Of a DNA stretch of 64,000 bases, positions 37,881 through 48,638 are shown one piece after another. Positions within the stretch are counted from its first letter, which is position 1, and every line of letters begins with the position of its first letter. Under the pieces are notes generated by a model. That model saw nothing but the letters and a program-made list of their open reading frames with translations, was not told the DNA's origin and did not search any database. The translations under genes were made by a program, and so were the position numbers. The DNA comes from a virus (taxonomy: Duplodnaviria > Caudoviricetes). The DNA lies in IMG/VR virus record IMGVR_UViG_3300050034_000334; one strand, given 5' to 3'.

Positions 37881-40800
37881 TCAACCCGCGTAGTAAGTTG
37901 GAATGGAGCCACTTGCAGGTACCAAGTAGATCGCTTCACTCGTGTACTGCAGCCACTGAAAAGTGACCGATTTTGAAATTCCCTTGTCAATCACTGACAC
38001 GGTTATGTTGTTGCTTCCCGTTGAGCCAACTAATGACCCGGTCAGTTGAATCAGAGCCACCGCACTGCCTGAAGATCCAGTTACAGATGTTACAGTTGCC
38101 GAAACTCCTGGTACTGAAGTGGATGCTGAAATAGTGCTAGTTGAAGTAGAAATCACTCCAGTTGCAACCACATAGAACGACATGTTCGGACGAGGACTGA
38201 CTGAACTGATGTTACCAGCATCCACTCCTCCTACGAATCCACTTGGAGATCCTCCAGCAACATAGTCCGGCCCTGACACCAGATACAAGTTAGAAGCTAC
38301 AGTCAGAGACAAGGTCCTTGTGACATAGGCTGTGGTAGAATCTGTCAGCCGGAAAGTGAAGCTGTATGTTCCAACCGCAGTCGAAGTGCCTGTGATAGCT
38401 CCAGTCGAAGCATTCAGATTCATGCCAATTGAAGACAAAGAAGCTGCTGAGGAAGGATCAATCGACCAAGAATAAGCTCCCACACCGCCAGTTCCAGTCA
38501 GAGTGGCGGCGCTGTAAGCCACTCCTGCTGTTGAGTTAGGAAGTGAAGAAGTGGTAATGACCAGAGTCGTATTCTGAACCCTGATGCTGAGAGTGGCTGA
38601 AACCCCGGTGTCTCCAGTGTATCCAGGGACTCCAGACAAAGCCGCATTCAAACTGTCAGTGGCCGTCACAGTAAAGGTCGAAGTGTCAGTTGCAGAAGGA
38701 GTTCCAGATATCACTCCTCCAGAACTCAGAGTCAGCCCAGTTGGGAGACTTCCAGAAGTGAGAGCCCAGCTAACAATCGGAGGATTGTTGGTGGTGGCCG
38801 CCAGGGTAGTGCTGTAAGTGCCTCCAGCAATTCCATCCGGTACAGCAATGGTTGTAACCTTGACCGATGACACAGTCGTGAAAGGAACAGGACCCGTGAA
38901 ATTCTGTCCTAGGCTGTCCTGCACCATGAAGGTGTAGTTGGCCGCCGTGAGAACTAGGTCACAAGTTCCCGAAAGTCCACCGTTGTAAGTGTATCCACTT
39001 CCACGAGTCATCTGTAAATAGTTGGGAAATGCAGGTACTCCCGTGTAGTTCCAGGTATAGGGTGGGGTGCCTCCTAGAGCACCTAGAGTTCCAATGTATC
39101 CCTGTCCACCATAGGGAGCACGAGTGATCGGACCAACACCAGAAATATCAATTGACATGGTGTTAACAGTAACTGAAATCGTAAACACCTCTGAGGTTGT
39201 GACACTAAGGCTATCAACAACCTGAATCGTCACAGATTGAGGTCCTGACAATGTTGCCGGCCCAAGGCCACTGATAGCACCACTCGAATTCATTGTAATT
39301 CCTGCAGGAAATCCTCCAGCAATTACTGACCAAGTGTATCCCAGACCAGATCCTCCACGAGCCGACATCTGAGCATTGTAGTAAGCCGATTGTGTTACGC
39401 TTGGAAGAGGAGAAGTGTTGATAATGATCAGAGAGTCATTCAGAGTGATCGGCAGGGAAGTAGTTGCCTTCACCCCTCTCGAGTCTGTGAGCGTGATCCC
39501 CAGAGTGCTCGAGAAAGCCGTGAGTGCTGTTGTTCCAGAGATAATTCCATTGGGGATCGCAACCGGCAACGATGAAGTCGAAGGTGTGAATCCTGAAGGA
39601 AGACTTCCACTGGTCAGTGTCCAAGTGTACGGTCCGACTCCTCCAACTCCCTGCAGGGAGTCACTGTACGCAATAGACGGGAAAATCTGATCAAGATAAC
39701 CTGTGAGGATCGCCAGAGGAGTGACATACTTGGAAACGAATCTCTTGTAGAGGAACCCAACCGCCCCGGTTGTCGCTATGACCTTGAACCAGACATCAAA
39801 GTATCCGGATTCCGTAGTCGTTCCCGCGACCGTCACTTGTGTTGGAGTCACACTGTTGACCACTGCTGTGATTCCAACAGGGAGCCTTCCTGCAACGATG
39901 GACACCGAAGACAAAGTTCTGTCGGCTTGAATTGACCCAGAATACGGAAGCTGAATGGTGCAATAGGGACTTCTGGGATCACCAAGGTTATCGGTCAAAA
40001 TCACCACACCAGCATAGTTGTTCCAAGTGATCGTGACTGTTCCAGTAGTCACATTGGCAACTATGTAGTTCAGGACTGTCGAATAAACATTGGTGGAAGT
40101 GAGGTATCCATAGATCAACCCAGAACTTGAATCCAATGACAAGCCGCCCGGCAGGAAAGATCCAGTTGCCAGCGAAACTGTGCAACCTGCTCCTTTGCCG
40201 AACGATGGTGAGTTGAAGAAGGGCTTCAGTGGATTCAGGGTTACTAGATTTCCGACTAGATACGGAATAGCTGAAGAACTCAAGTTTCCACCCACAACCG
40301 CCAAAGTTGCGCTGTTGGAGTTCTCCACTGTGTACTCATGGCTGACAGTTGCCACCTGATTTCCTGCAGCGAGAATTGGAACTGAAGTCGTTCCATTGGC
40401 ACTGCCGAAGAAACTGGGAGAAACTATCTGCTGGAAGATCAGGTCTCCGCTCGTCAGAGTGATGCTGATTCCGTTTGCCGAAGTTGCTGAGTACGAACCC
40501 AGGGTCAACCCAGACAAGTTCGAAGAATCGAGGGGAAGAGAAACTGTCGTTGTTGTATCCCCTGATTCCCAAAGATGATCAACAATCGGATTGTACAATC
40601 CAACATTGGCAACCTGAAGACCGACCGTGTAACTGACACTTAGATTTTCGGTGTGGGAAGCAGAGTCAGTGACCAAGAAAGACAGGGTCTGAATTCCGAT
40701 TCTACCAACTGTTGGAGTCAGAAGAAATTCCCAACGACCGTCAATCAAGGCCCCGGAAGATGTGATGCCGGCTCCGTCAGTCATGACTACAGTGTAAGGT

Positions 40801-42701
40801 CCAACTCCACCAAAGATTCCCAATCCGATTCTGAACGTCTCTCCAGCAAAGACTACTGGCAACTGAGAAGGGTCCAAAGTCAGCGTGGCAGGAGTAAGAT
40901 CGATGCCAAAGTACTGCATGGCAACGGCTCCAATGGCATCAGCCACTTGAATCGTGACAAAGAACGGTGTCGTGAAATCAGTTGTGGAGTTGTCTGTGGT
41001 CGGATATCCGCTTACGAGACCGGCAGAATTCACGATCACATTGTTGGGCAAACTACCAACCGAACCTGGAGTAACTGACCAAGTGAACGGTGCAATGCCT
41101 CCGGTATTCAGCATCTGGTAGGAATAGCTCGCCATCACTTGTGCTGAAGGCAGGTAGACATTTCCGTTGATGATGGGAAGACCAGTTGTGTTGATCGCCA
41201 GGTTGCTACGAACAGCGACGTCTACAACAATAGTATCGATGAATTCCGGGTTGCTGCTGTCACTCACTGAGAAGGTACACTGGTAGATTCCCAGAACCAT
41301 CGGAGTTCCTGTTAGCGTTCCATCAATTGAAAACTTGAGACCATAGGGAAGATCTGCAGCGTACCAGCTGTAAGGAGCGATTCCTCCAGAAGCCGTGAAG
41401 CTGATTTCACCCATCGGCAGACCAGCAATCACATCAATTTCAGGAGTCGTTCCTACCGCATTCACCAAAGGAAGATTGGAAGAATTGATGACTACTGGAG
41501 AACTGCTGGAAGTTGCCGCTGTGAGAGCAGGTGTGATATCCATCAGATCCTGCACCTGAGGTCTTCCAATGAGCGGAAAGACATCTGCTGCCATGGTGCC
41601 CAGAATTGAACTGGCGTTCTGGTAGCGAGACAATGCCACCAGCAGCTTCAATTCATTGGTCACCGTGTCGCGAACCAAAGATCTCATGATCACAGCATAA
41701 GGTTCGGGAACTCCTCCAGCCAGCGCGTCTGTGATCTCGAAGCCGGTGGTGCCATACATGCCCACCGTTCCCGTGATGATTTCTGACGAGGCCTGAGTTG
41801 GAACCCAAACTGAATTGCTGACAAAGATCGATTTGGTGATGGACCGGCGAAGTTGAACTGCCGGCGAGGCAGTCGAGTAGTCATTCTGGACTTCAACTGA
41901 AAACGTGACCGCACCAGAATTGCCAAAGATATGGCTGACCGTCTGTACACTGATGGGAAGCCAGGCAGTTGCCCCTGTTGAGAATACCAGACGCCACTGA
42001 GATGCACCAGTGTAAGTGCCAGATAATGAAATGAGAACTGGCTGGTTGATCTGAGCCGTGGTTAGGTCAACTGCCACCGAACTGTCAGTGAAGACGCTTG
42101 GAAAACTGAGGTAGTTTGTCCATCCAGGAGCATCGGCATAGTCCGGATCAGCCGACAGGGCCTGCATTTTGACACTGTATCCGTCCAAGGTTACAGTCGT
42201 CCGGAAAGAACGTGAACTGAGGGTTCCTCCAAACTCCAAACCTGTGGGAAGATTTCCTCCCACCGACTGAAGTAGAGGATCAGTGGGATTGGAAGCCGCG
42301 ATCAGCCAAATGTTCCAGTCATTGTAAACGGAGTATCCACCGTTGACTGCAGCCGGATTCCAAGCCAGTGTCAGAGTGAGATCCTCTTCAATATAGCCCA
42401 AAGTGATGGCATCCTGAAGAGGAGTTGGATTAATGGCGAGGCTGATGGTTGTTGTGGCTGTCTCTGCGGTCGGAGTAGTGGAATCTACGACTGAAAATGC
42501 CACTGAGTACGGTCCAATGGCCGACAACGATGGAGTTCCAGTGATCGCTCCGGTAGCAGTATTGAGCACCAGTCCATTCGGGAGACCTGCTGCACTGTAT
42601 GTGTACGGAGTGATGCCTCCAGTAGCCACCACGGCATTGCTGTAAGCGATGCCTGCTGTACCACTTGGAAGAGAAGTCGTAGAGAAAACCAAAGTTGACA
42701 T
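37881..42701 (-). CDS. 1606-aa protein with multiple putative Ig (He_PIG-like) repeats
   Basis: Recurrent I/L-T-T-x-S-L-P-x-G...GG-x-x-PY-T/S-W...LP-x-G-L-x-L...G-x-I-S/T-GTP units. Confidence 0.85.
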   Translation of the reverse strand: MSTLVFSTTSLPSGTAGIAYSNAVVATGGITPYTYSAAGLPNGLVLNTATGAITGTPSLSAIGPYSVAFSVVDSTTPTAETATTTISLAINPTPLQDAITLGYIEEDLTLTLAWNPAAVNGGYSVYNDWNIWLIAASNPTDPLLQSVGGNLPTGLEFGGTLSSRSFRTTVTLDGYSVKMQALSADPDYADAPGWTNYLSFPSVFTDSSVAVDLTTAQINQPVLISLSGTYTGASQWRLVFSTGATAWLPISVQTVSHIFGNSGAVTFSVEVQNDYSTASPAVQLRRSITKSIFVSNSVWVPTQASSEIITGTVGMYGTTGFEITDALAGGVPEPYAVIMRSLVRDTVTNELKLLVALSRYQNASSILGTMAADVFPLIGRPQVQDLMDITPALTAATSSSSPVVINSSNLPLVNAVGTTPEIDVIAGLPMGEISFTASGGIAPYSWYAADLPYGLKFSIDGTLTGTPMVLGIYQCTFSVSDSSNPEFIDTIVVDVAVRSNLAINTTGLPIINGNVYLPSAQVMASYSYQMLNTGGIAPFTWSVTPGSVGSLPNNVIVNSAGLVSGYPTTDNSTTDFTTPFFVTIQVADAIGAVAMQYFGIDLTPATLTLDPSQLPVVFAGETFRIGLGIFGGVGPYTVVMTDGAGITSSGALIDGRWEFLLTPTVGRIGIQTLSFLVTDSASHTENLSVSYTVGLQVANVGLYNPIVDHLWESGDTTTTVSLPLDSSNLSGLTLGSYSATSANGISITLTSGDLIFQQIVSPSFFGSANGTTSVPILAAGNQVATVSHEYTVENSNSATLAVVGGNLSSSAIPYLVGNLVTLNPLKPFFNSPSFGKGAGCTVSLATGSFLPGGLSLDSSSGLIYGYLTSTNVYSTVLNYIVANVTTGTVTITWNNYAGVVILTDNLGDPRSPYCTIQLPYSGSIQADRTLSSVSIVAGRLPVGITAVVNSVTPTQVTVAGTTTESGYFDVWFKVIATTGAVGFLYKRFVSKYVTPLAILTGYLDQIFPSIAYSDSLQGVGGVGPYTWTLTSGSLPSGFTPSTSSLPVAIPNGIISGTTALTAFSSTLGITLTDSRGVKATTSLPITLNDSLIIINTSPLPSVTQSAYYNAQMSARGGSGLGYTWSVIAGGFPAGITMNSSGAISGLGPATLSGPQSVTIQVVDSLSVTTSEVFTISVTVNTMSIDISGVGPITRAPYGGQGYIGTLGALGGTPPYTWNYTGVPAFPNYLQMTRGSGYTYNGGLSGTCDLVLTAANYTFMVQDSLGQNFTGPVPFTTVSSVKVTTIAVPDGIAGGTYSTTLAATTNNPPIVSWALTSGSLPTGLTLSSGGVISGTPSATDTSTFTVTATDSLNAALSGVPGYTGDTGVSATLSIRVQNTTLVITTSSLPNSTAGVAYSAATLTGTGGVGAYSWSIDPSSAASLSSIGMNLNASTGAITGTSTAVGTYSFTFRLTDSTTAYVTRTLSLTVASNLYLVSGPDYVAGGSPSGFVGGVDAGNISSVSPRPNMSFYVVATGVISTSTSTISASTSVPGVSATVTSVTGSSGSAVALIQLTGSLVGSTGSNNITVSVIDKGISKSVTFQWLQYTSEAIYLVPASGSIPTYYAG

Positions 42702-42711
42702 GCCTGCTCCG

Positions 42712-45700
42712 CTAACCTAGACTTGGAACTGCCGCTGAAGAAGAATCTGTGATGATGATGCCTCCAGCAAATGAATCAGTCCCTGATGTGGGATACTGCA
42801 GCACCGACATCGTGTTCAGGGATGCCTGACCTCCTGATGAGAAATCAGGACTGCAAACGATTGAAGAACTAATACCCGCAGTCGCCACAAGGATAGAACT
42901 CGTAATACCTGTTTCTCTCAAAGGTGAGTGAGTTTCCAAAACCAGTGAACTGCCATACTGCATCGCGTAAAATGGACCTGCTACTCCAGTGCAAGCTAGA
43001 TCTACTGCTGAAGAAGTCATCTGAGATCCAGAAAGGATGATTCCTTGCGTTCCTTCGCTCAGGTTGATCAAACCTTGATGCATCTCAACACTGCTCTGAT
43101 CAAAAGAGCCAGCTGTAACATTATTCACGAAGTTGCAGTCTACGAACTCAATATCTGAATCGACACCCTGCACTGCCCCGTTGATGAATCCCTGGAATGT
43201 GAAACCACTGAACACCACACGTGAGTCATTCACATAGAAAGCAGAGACTTCTCCATCTCCATAGCTGACACCTGTACCATCAATTACCGCACCAGGACCC
43301 AGGATAGTGAGAGATCCCTCTTCTTGTATTGAGTATCCTATGATTCCCAGAGCGTAGTATTTGTTAGCACGGATGGAAGAATCACCACCCAAATTCGCAA
43401 TTTCCAATGAGGAATAGCTGGACAGAAGGTACGGAATTGGTGCTCCGGTAGTTGTCACGGGAGCCGCAACATTCAAGATCACTTTATGCAGCAAGATTGG
43501 AGGAAGAGTTGCCAGCGCGGCCTGGATGGTCATCATCGGAGTAGTGAGTGACAAACCATCGTTAGAGTCCTTGCCAACTACTCCGTTCACATACAGATTC
43601 ACTGGAGAAGATGTCGTGGTGGCATATACCGATCCCGACGTGACAGTTGGGCCATGAACCGCGAATCCAACATGAGGAAGAATCTGTGTGAATCCTCTTG
43701 TTGATGGAAGACTCAGTTGAATCGTCATGCGCTTGTCGTCGGCAAGGGACTGAATGAAGTCGTTGGTATACACCGGGACTTCGAAGACATTTTCTACGTT
43801 GTTGTACAGCTTTGATTCATAGTTCGAATCAAAGTAAGATGAAACCGGCTGATTGATCAAGTCGGTATCGTTCCAAGAACTGCCAGTGGGAAGTGAGGTA
43901 ACGATGGGGAGCTCTCTGTTGTAGGGATATACATCCTTGATTCCCACCAAAGGAGCCGCGCCTGTTCCATTAGTGGTGACCAGAGCACAGTCCTGGGTGT
44001 AGATCACATCGTAATTCCGGTTGGCAACTCCCTCTCCCTGATAGGGAACAATCAGTGTTGACAACATCAACTGAGCATCTGCTCTGAAAGCCGGAAGAAT
44101 TGCTCCAGTCATGAAGAATCCCTGTACTTCGAGATTCACCGTGGCCGGAATGGTGATAGTCAGCAAGCCATTGTTGGTGAACTGCACTGAAGTAATCGGA
44201 ACCGCTGTGAGAGTGCCCGAGCCGCCGTCTACCCAGACATATCTGAGGACGTCATTTCCCGAGATTCCCTTCAACACGCAGTTCGTAGCTGCTGCCACGA
44301 TTATGTTGTTGACGCCTGAGTAGAACTTCTTAGACACCACCTGAACGCGGGTGTCCATCAGATAGGTGCCAGTGGTGTCAGCATAGGTGCCAAAGAGAAC
44401 GGTCTCTTCAATCGCCACAATCCCTCTGACCGCTGCATTGTACACGAGTTGGGCAGTGTTGGCACAAAGAACTGTGATCTGTAATGGATCAATCATGTTT
44501 CCGAGGATAGTGACTGCCATCATGTTCACTGGAGCAGAGGCTGTAGTCGCGAGGGCAACTGAGAATGGAGCTATCATGCTTCCAGCATCATTCACGCTGA
44601 CGATGTGCAATCCCTCTAGATTTGTGTTAGCCTGACTGCTGGGAATGGCCAGAGTTGTGTAGCTGCCTCCCAGAGTAACTCCGAAAATTGTGGATGTAGG
44701 CACAGTCACAGTGTTATTGATGACGAAAGTGAGAAGAGTTCCGCTGGTAGAAACTGACACCACAGGGTACAACTGACCAGAGATAGCATTCCAGGCTGTG
44801 ATCTGGGAAGCCAGCCAAGTTGTTGTTGGGACCGGATTGGGAATGCTTACTGTGGTGGTTGGTCCTGAATTGGAAGCAACAACAACTCCAGGAATGAGAT
44901 TGAGAGTAGCTCTGACTCCAAATACCTTGTTGCTGTACTCGTTGTTGATTACAGTCAGGTTACCATCTGCAGATGAGGAGTTTTCATACTCCGAAACTCC
45001 AAACACAGGCAAGCTCTTGCCGCTCGCTGTGTCAAGAAGGGTTCCACCATAGACCTGTGTGGGAATTTGTCCCAAGTCAAATCCAGATCCCTTTGCATAG
45101 CTGATTCCGAGAGTCACATACAGAGGATTGGCACCGGGATCAAAAGAAGTCCCTGCGACATTCTGAACAATCGTGATTGTGACAGTTTGCGGATTTGTTA
45201 GGTTCAACCCTGCAATGCTGACCTGGCCCTGCATGAGAAAGACTGGATTCTTGATGTTGTTGATATTGTCGTTGACCAGAGCCATGACCTGCACAAACTC
45301 AATAGTGCCAACTGAGGGAGCGACAGTGAGTGAGAATGCATCGCCCTGAACCCAAGGTCCTCCAATGATTCCAGCAACATTCTTGCTGTTGATGGAGACC
45401 TGTTGAGTTAGATAGTACAACCGATTGTCAGCGCAGAAACCGTTCATGTAGCCATCAAAGGTGCCCAGACGCAGAGTGTTTGCAATTCCTGTCTGAGCCA
45501 CTGAGATGTCATAGGTCACCTGAGATCCCAAAGAATTGACTGGCGGAATCAGAATGGTTCCTCTGCCGACTGCCTGCCGAGACTCTCCTGTGATGAGATC
45601 AACAAATCCTTTCCTGAGGACGTTGTCGTATTCATAATCCTTGAGAGAGACCGTGAGGCGAGTGTCTACCACCTCATCCGAGGTGATGCCGTCTGCAAAC

Positions 45701-46671
45701 TTGCCATCAAGACGTCCTGATACTCCAGAAGTCAGCAAGCCAGCGCCGAACGGATTTGACTGAATTGAGAAATTGCTGCTGTTCTTCTGGAAGATGACCG
45801 CCAGAGGATAGGCGTAGGAATATCCATCCAAGGCTCCGATCCCATTGGTGGTCGTGCCATCTCCGGCCCTCCACAAACCGCTGTCTCCATTAATCGTAGA
45901 CATGGGTGTGTAGGAGAAAGGGTCGGCAACAATGGGATTTCCGTTTGTGTCGGAAGCATAGACGGTGTTGGCAGGATCCGTGGGTCCGCTGTTTCCTGAC
46001 AGGAAGGTTGGCGTCAAGCCGTTCGATTGTGTGAAATTATAGGCCAGAGTCACCGGCTGAATTCGAATGGCCCACTGAATCATGGCACGAGTTGTAGTGT
46101 TGTCAGATTCAAACGGGTCAACGACATCCATGAGCAGAGAATTTGCCAGAGTCGGATCAGGCGCGGCAATGATCGACGCCATGTTAGCAGTCCGGCAGCC
46201 GTTCGGAAAGAAGAAGTTTCTAGGATATGACAGAGTGTTGTCAACATAGTATGCTGTTAGGTCGTTCTGCAAAGAAGTGTAGCGGAACTCTACAAACGCG
46301 ATGTAGACGGTGGCTGCCATATCCGCCGCCGCTGTCTGGCCAACTGGAGGAGGAAGCACCACGTTGTTTACAGTCATGTCGCTGGAAAGGTTGCCAGCGA
46401 TAGTCACGATCTCCCCTTTGAAGAGGACATTGAAGGCCGGAACCTGGAAGGTGTTGGCAACAGTCGGCGTGAGAACAAATGGAGACCAGGATACTGCCCC
46501 CGAGACCGTCTCGTTGTCCAGTATGCGCTGGCGTTTGTAGTCCTGCAGATCCTGAATCAGATTGATGTCTGCGTCGGACAGGTGATGCTCAAACATACCA
46601 ACGACAGTGGTAAGAGCCTTCTGGCTAGGATCCAGGGATCTGGAGACGACGGATTTCGGATATGTCTTCAT
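42712..46671 (-). CDS. Tail fibre/spike-like virion protein with C-terminal beta-helix-like region
   Basis: 1319 aa; LYVNGVVGKDSNDGLS...TIQAAL motif followed by repetitive beta strands. Confidence 0.65.
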   Translation of the reverse strand: MKTYPKSVVSRSLDPSQKALTTVVGMFEHHLSDADINLIQDLQDYKRQRILDNETVSGAVSWSPFVLTPTVANTFQVPAFNVLFKGEIVTIAGNLSSDMTVNNVVLPPPVGQTAAADMAATVYIAFVEFRYTSLQNDLTAYYVDNTLSYPRNFFFPNGCRTANMASIIAAPDPTLANSLLMDVVDPFESDNTTTRAMIQWAIRIQPVTLAYNFTQSNGLTPTFLSGNSGPTDPANTVYASDTNGNPIVADPFSYTPMSTINGDSGLWRAGDGTTTNGIGALDGYSYAYPLAVIFQKNSSNFSIQSNPFGAGLLTSGVSGRLDGKFADGITSDEVVDTRLTVSLKDYEYDNVLRKGFVDLITGESRQAVGRGTILIPPVNSLGSQVTYDISVAQTGIANTLRLGTFDGYMNGFCADNRLYYLTQQVSINSKNVAGIIGGPWVQGDAFSLTVAPSVGTIEFVQVMALVNDNINNIKNPVFLMQGQVSIAGLNLTNPQTVTITIVQNVAGTSFDPGANPLYVTLGISYAKGSGFDLGQIPTQVYGGTLLDTASGKSLPVFGVSEYENSSSADGNLTVINNEYSNKVFGVRATLNLIPGVVVASNSGPTTTVSIPNPVPTTTWLASQITAWNAISGQLYPVVSVSTSGTLLTFVINNTVTVPTSTIFGVTLGGSYTTLAIPSSQANTNLEGLHIVSVNDAGSMIAPFSVALATTASAPVNMMAVTILGNMIDPLQITVLCANTAQLVYNAAVRGIVAIEETVLFGTYADTTGTYLMDTRVQVVSKKFYSGVNNIIVAAATNCVLKGISGNDVLRYVWVDGGSGTLTAVPITSVQFTNNGLLTITIPATVNLEVQGFFMTGAILPAFRADAQLMLSTLIVPYQGEGVANRNYDVIYTQDCALVTTNGTGAAPLVGIKDVYPYNRELPIVTSLPTGSSWNDTDLINQPVSSYFDSNYESKLYNNVENVFEVPVYTNDFIQSLADDKRMTIQLSLPSTRGFTQILPHVGFAVHGPTVTSGSVYATTTSSPVNLYVNGVVGKDSNDGLSLTTPMMTIQAALATLPPILLHKVILNVAAPVTTTGAPIPYLLSSYSSLEIANLGGDSSIRANKYYALGIIGYSIQEEGSLTILGPGAVIDGTGVSYGDGEVSAFYVNDSRVVFSGFTFQGFINGAVQGVDSDIEFVDCNFVNNVTAGSFDQSSVEMHQGLINLSEGTQGIILSGSQMTSSAVDLACTGVAGPFYAMQYGSSLVLETHSPLRETGITSSILVATAGISSSIVCSPDFSSGGQASLNTMSVLQYPTSGTDSFAGGIIITDSSSAAVPSLG

Positions 46672-46775
46672 GTTTTCCTTGTGAACTGCTCACCCTATAA
46701 AGTGATCATGTAGTGCTTTTCCCGGATTCAAATTTTCAGAATCCAGTTAGGGTGCAATAGTCCGGAGGTAGATCC

Positions 46776-47288
46776 GTGCCAACATCGTCGATTCTGATCA
46801 TCCCAAGGCCTGGAGTTTCGTCATGTCTCATCAGTCCCAGAGACAATGATTCATTCTTCAACCCAGTTTTAATGGGACATACTGGGTTTGCTGCCAATGG
46901 AACGATGTACAATACAGGAGTTCCACAGCCTGTGGTTGCTTCCTGGTTCTCTGAAGGATTAAGTTCCACACGTGGAAATCCTGCTTTCCCCAGTACCGGG
47001 CTGGCTCTGTTGTCCAAGACGGATCTCACCATCTACGATGAATCCGATAGACATCTTCCTCTATGGATGAGGTTCGTACTTGCGGACAATCTTCTGCTTA
47101 CGAACAACTTTGATGGATTACATGGGTTCACACCCAGTGAAGTGAGCTATGCACAGGGAGTTATCAGCCTCCTGTTCACACCAGATCCCGGACTTGTTCT
47201 TCAGACCAATCTAGTTATCACTATCGATTTCTCTAAGGACACTGCTGCCATTGAGTTTATTTCGGGTCCTGGTTCGGCGGAAGCGTAG
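46776..47288 (+). CDS. Hypothetical protein
   Basis: 170-aa ORF divergent from the tail operon. Confidence 0.65.
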   Translation: MPTSSILIIPRPGVSSCLISPRDNDSFFNPVLMGHTGFAANGTMYNTGVPQPVVASWFSEGLSSTRGNPAFPSTGLALLSKTDLTIYDESDRHLPLWMRFVLADNLLLTNNFDGLHGFTPSEVSYAQGVISLLFTPDPGLVLQTNLVITIDFSKDTAAIEFISGPGSAEA

Positions 47289-47622
47289 GGTTGATGTCTA
47301 CCGTCACTCCTTCCGGAGTCACCTTGGCATCCACTGGTCCCAACTGGGAGTAATCAATTGTCTGAGGGTTGTTTATCCGCTGCCAGGTCGCGGCGGCGAT
47401 TTCACACTCTCCAGGATCCATACCAGATCTCGTGTATGTTTGGAATACATGAAGCAGGTATGTGTGCAGGTTTTCCGGAAGGACAACGACTTTGACATCC
47501 ATGTTAGAGAGATACCGGAGTTCTGAAATTTGAGGACAAATCACGAGAACGAGTATTAGATCCCTGAGTTCCACCAAATCAAAAGGAGATTCCGATGGAA
47601 ATGGCACTGAAGTATCCCACAT
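47257..47622 (-). CDS. Hypothetical protein
   Basis: 121-aa ORF; true start uncertain. Confidence 0.45.
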   Translation of the reverse strand: MWDTSVPFPSESPFDLVELRDLILVLVICPQISELRYLSNMDVKVVVLPENLHTYLLHVFQTYTRSGMDPGECEIAAATWQRINNPQTIDYSQLGPVDAKVTPEGVTVDINPTLPPNQDPK

Positions 47623-48170
47623 CCCAGAAGCTGGGAGCGTGGTCTATGATTATGACTCTGATGCTGGGGATGTTCGTTTCCGTCGGCATCGTGCAGACAA
47701 CCGGATGCACAACCAACCAGATCCAGAATAACGTCAATGCGGTGTTGAGTGCTGCTCAGGCAGTTCTCAAGGTTGCTGAACCCAATGCACCTTGGGTGCC
47801 CCAACTGACGGCAGCCATTACAGCCTTGCAACAGGCAGAAGCCTCCTGGAAGGGTGGCAGTTCAATCGCTATTGTGGAGTCTGCGTTGAACACCGTTGCC
47901 GCCGTGGCCTCAGTGATTCCTATCGCGTCAGCTTACGGTCCGTTGATTGACATCCTCGTAGCTGCGATTGACCTGGTACTGAATACCATTCAGGTGGACA
48001 ATCCGACTGTCACTGTCAAGGCAATTGCTCCGTTCGGACCGTTCAACCATCATGGCCGCGTCCAGTTGAAGAAGCCCGGAACATTCCAGAATCAGGCCGG
48101 TGCAATCAAGGCTCAGTGGAATGCTGCTGTCAAGGCGAATCCCGCGTTGGCCGCTGCGAAGCTGCAGTAA
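47595..48170 (+). CDS. Putative lipoprotein/membrane protein
   Basis: AAGGAG RBS; TM helix ending in TTGC (lipobox-like); Ala-rich helices; own terminator. Confidence 0.7.
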   Translation: MEMALKYPTSQKLGAWSMIMTLMLGMFVSVGIVQTTGCTTNQIQNNVNAVLSAAQAVLKVAEPNAPWVPQLTAAITALQQAEASWKGGSSIAIVESALNTVAAVASVIPIASAYGPLIDILVAAIDLVLNTIQVDNPTVTVKAIAPFGPFNHHGRVQLKKPGTFQNQAGAIKAQWNAAVKANPALAAAKLQ

Positions 48171-48186
48171 CTCATTCGTGCGCGAG

Positions 48187-48223
48187 AAGGCCCTTGGATT
48201 TTTGATAATCCAAGGGTCTTTTT
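48187..48223 (+). terminator. Intrinsic terminator
   Basis: cccttggatt/aatccaaggg stem followed by a T-run. Confidence 0.8.
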
Positions 48224-48638
48224 GTCTTCTCATTTCCAGACCATGGGTGGAAAATGGGTACATCGAATTTCCAATATTGATGAAAGTACCAAGACAGGCC
48301 TGTGCTTAAATTGTGGACCAGTCAAACTCAAGTTTCTAAAAGGTCAGAAGAGATGGGCCTGCAGAATACAAAGTGAAAACTGGAGTTGGCGAGGCATTTA
48401 CATCAGAAGCACTGGAATTACCTATGAACAGTTTATGAAAAAGATGAAGTCAGTAGAAGGCAAGTGTGAGATCTGTGGAAGTGATCTAAATCCAGTATTT
48501 GATCATGACCATAAGACCAATAGAGCTAGAGGAATTCTTTGTAGGGACTGTAATACAGGACTAGGATTGCTCAAAGAAGATCCCAGTGTTCTTTTGTCAG
48601 CTATTCGATATCTTGAAAAGGAGTACCCTCGTTTCTAG
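48222..48638 (+). CDS. Endonuclease VII-like HNH endonuclease
   Basis: CEICG...DHDHKTNRARGILCRDCNTGLG. Confidence 0.88.
   Translation: MSSHFQTMGGKWVHRISNIDESTKTGLCLNCGPVKLKFLKGQKRWACRIQSENWSWRGIYIRSTGITYEQFMKKMKSVEGKCEICGSDLNPVFDHDHKTNRARGILCRDCNTGLGLLKEDPSVLLSAIRYLEKEYPRF

Noticed and set aside
37881-42701. DNA-level tandem repeat or shufflon in the Ig-repeat gene
   Set aside because: Repeats are visible only at protein level and are diverged; no recombinase or crossover sites seen
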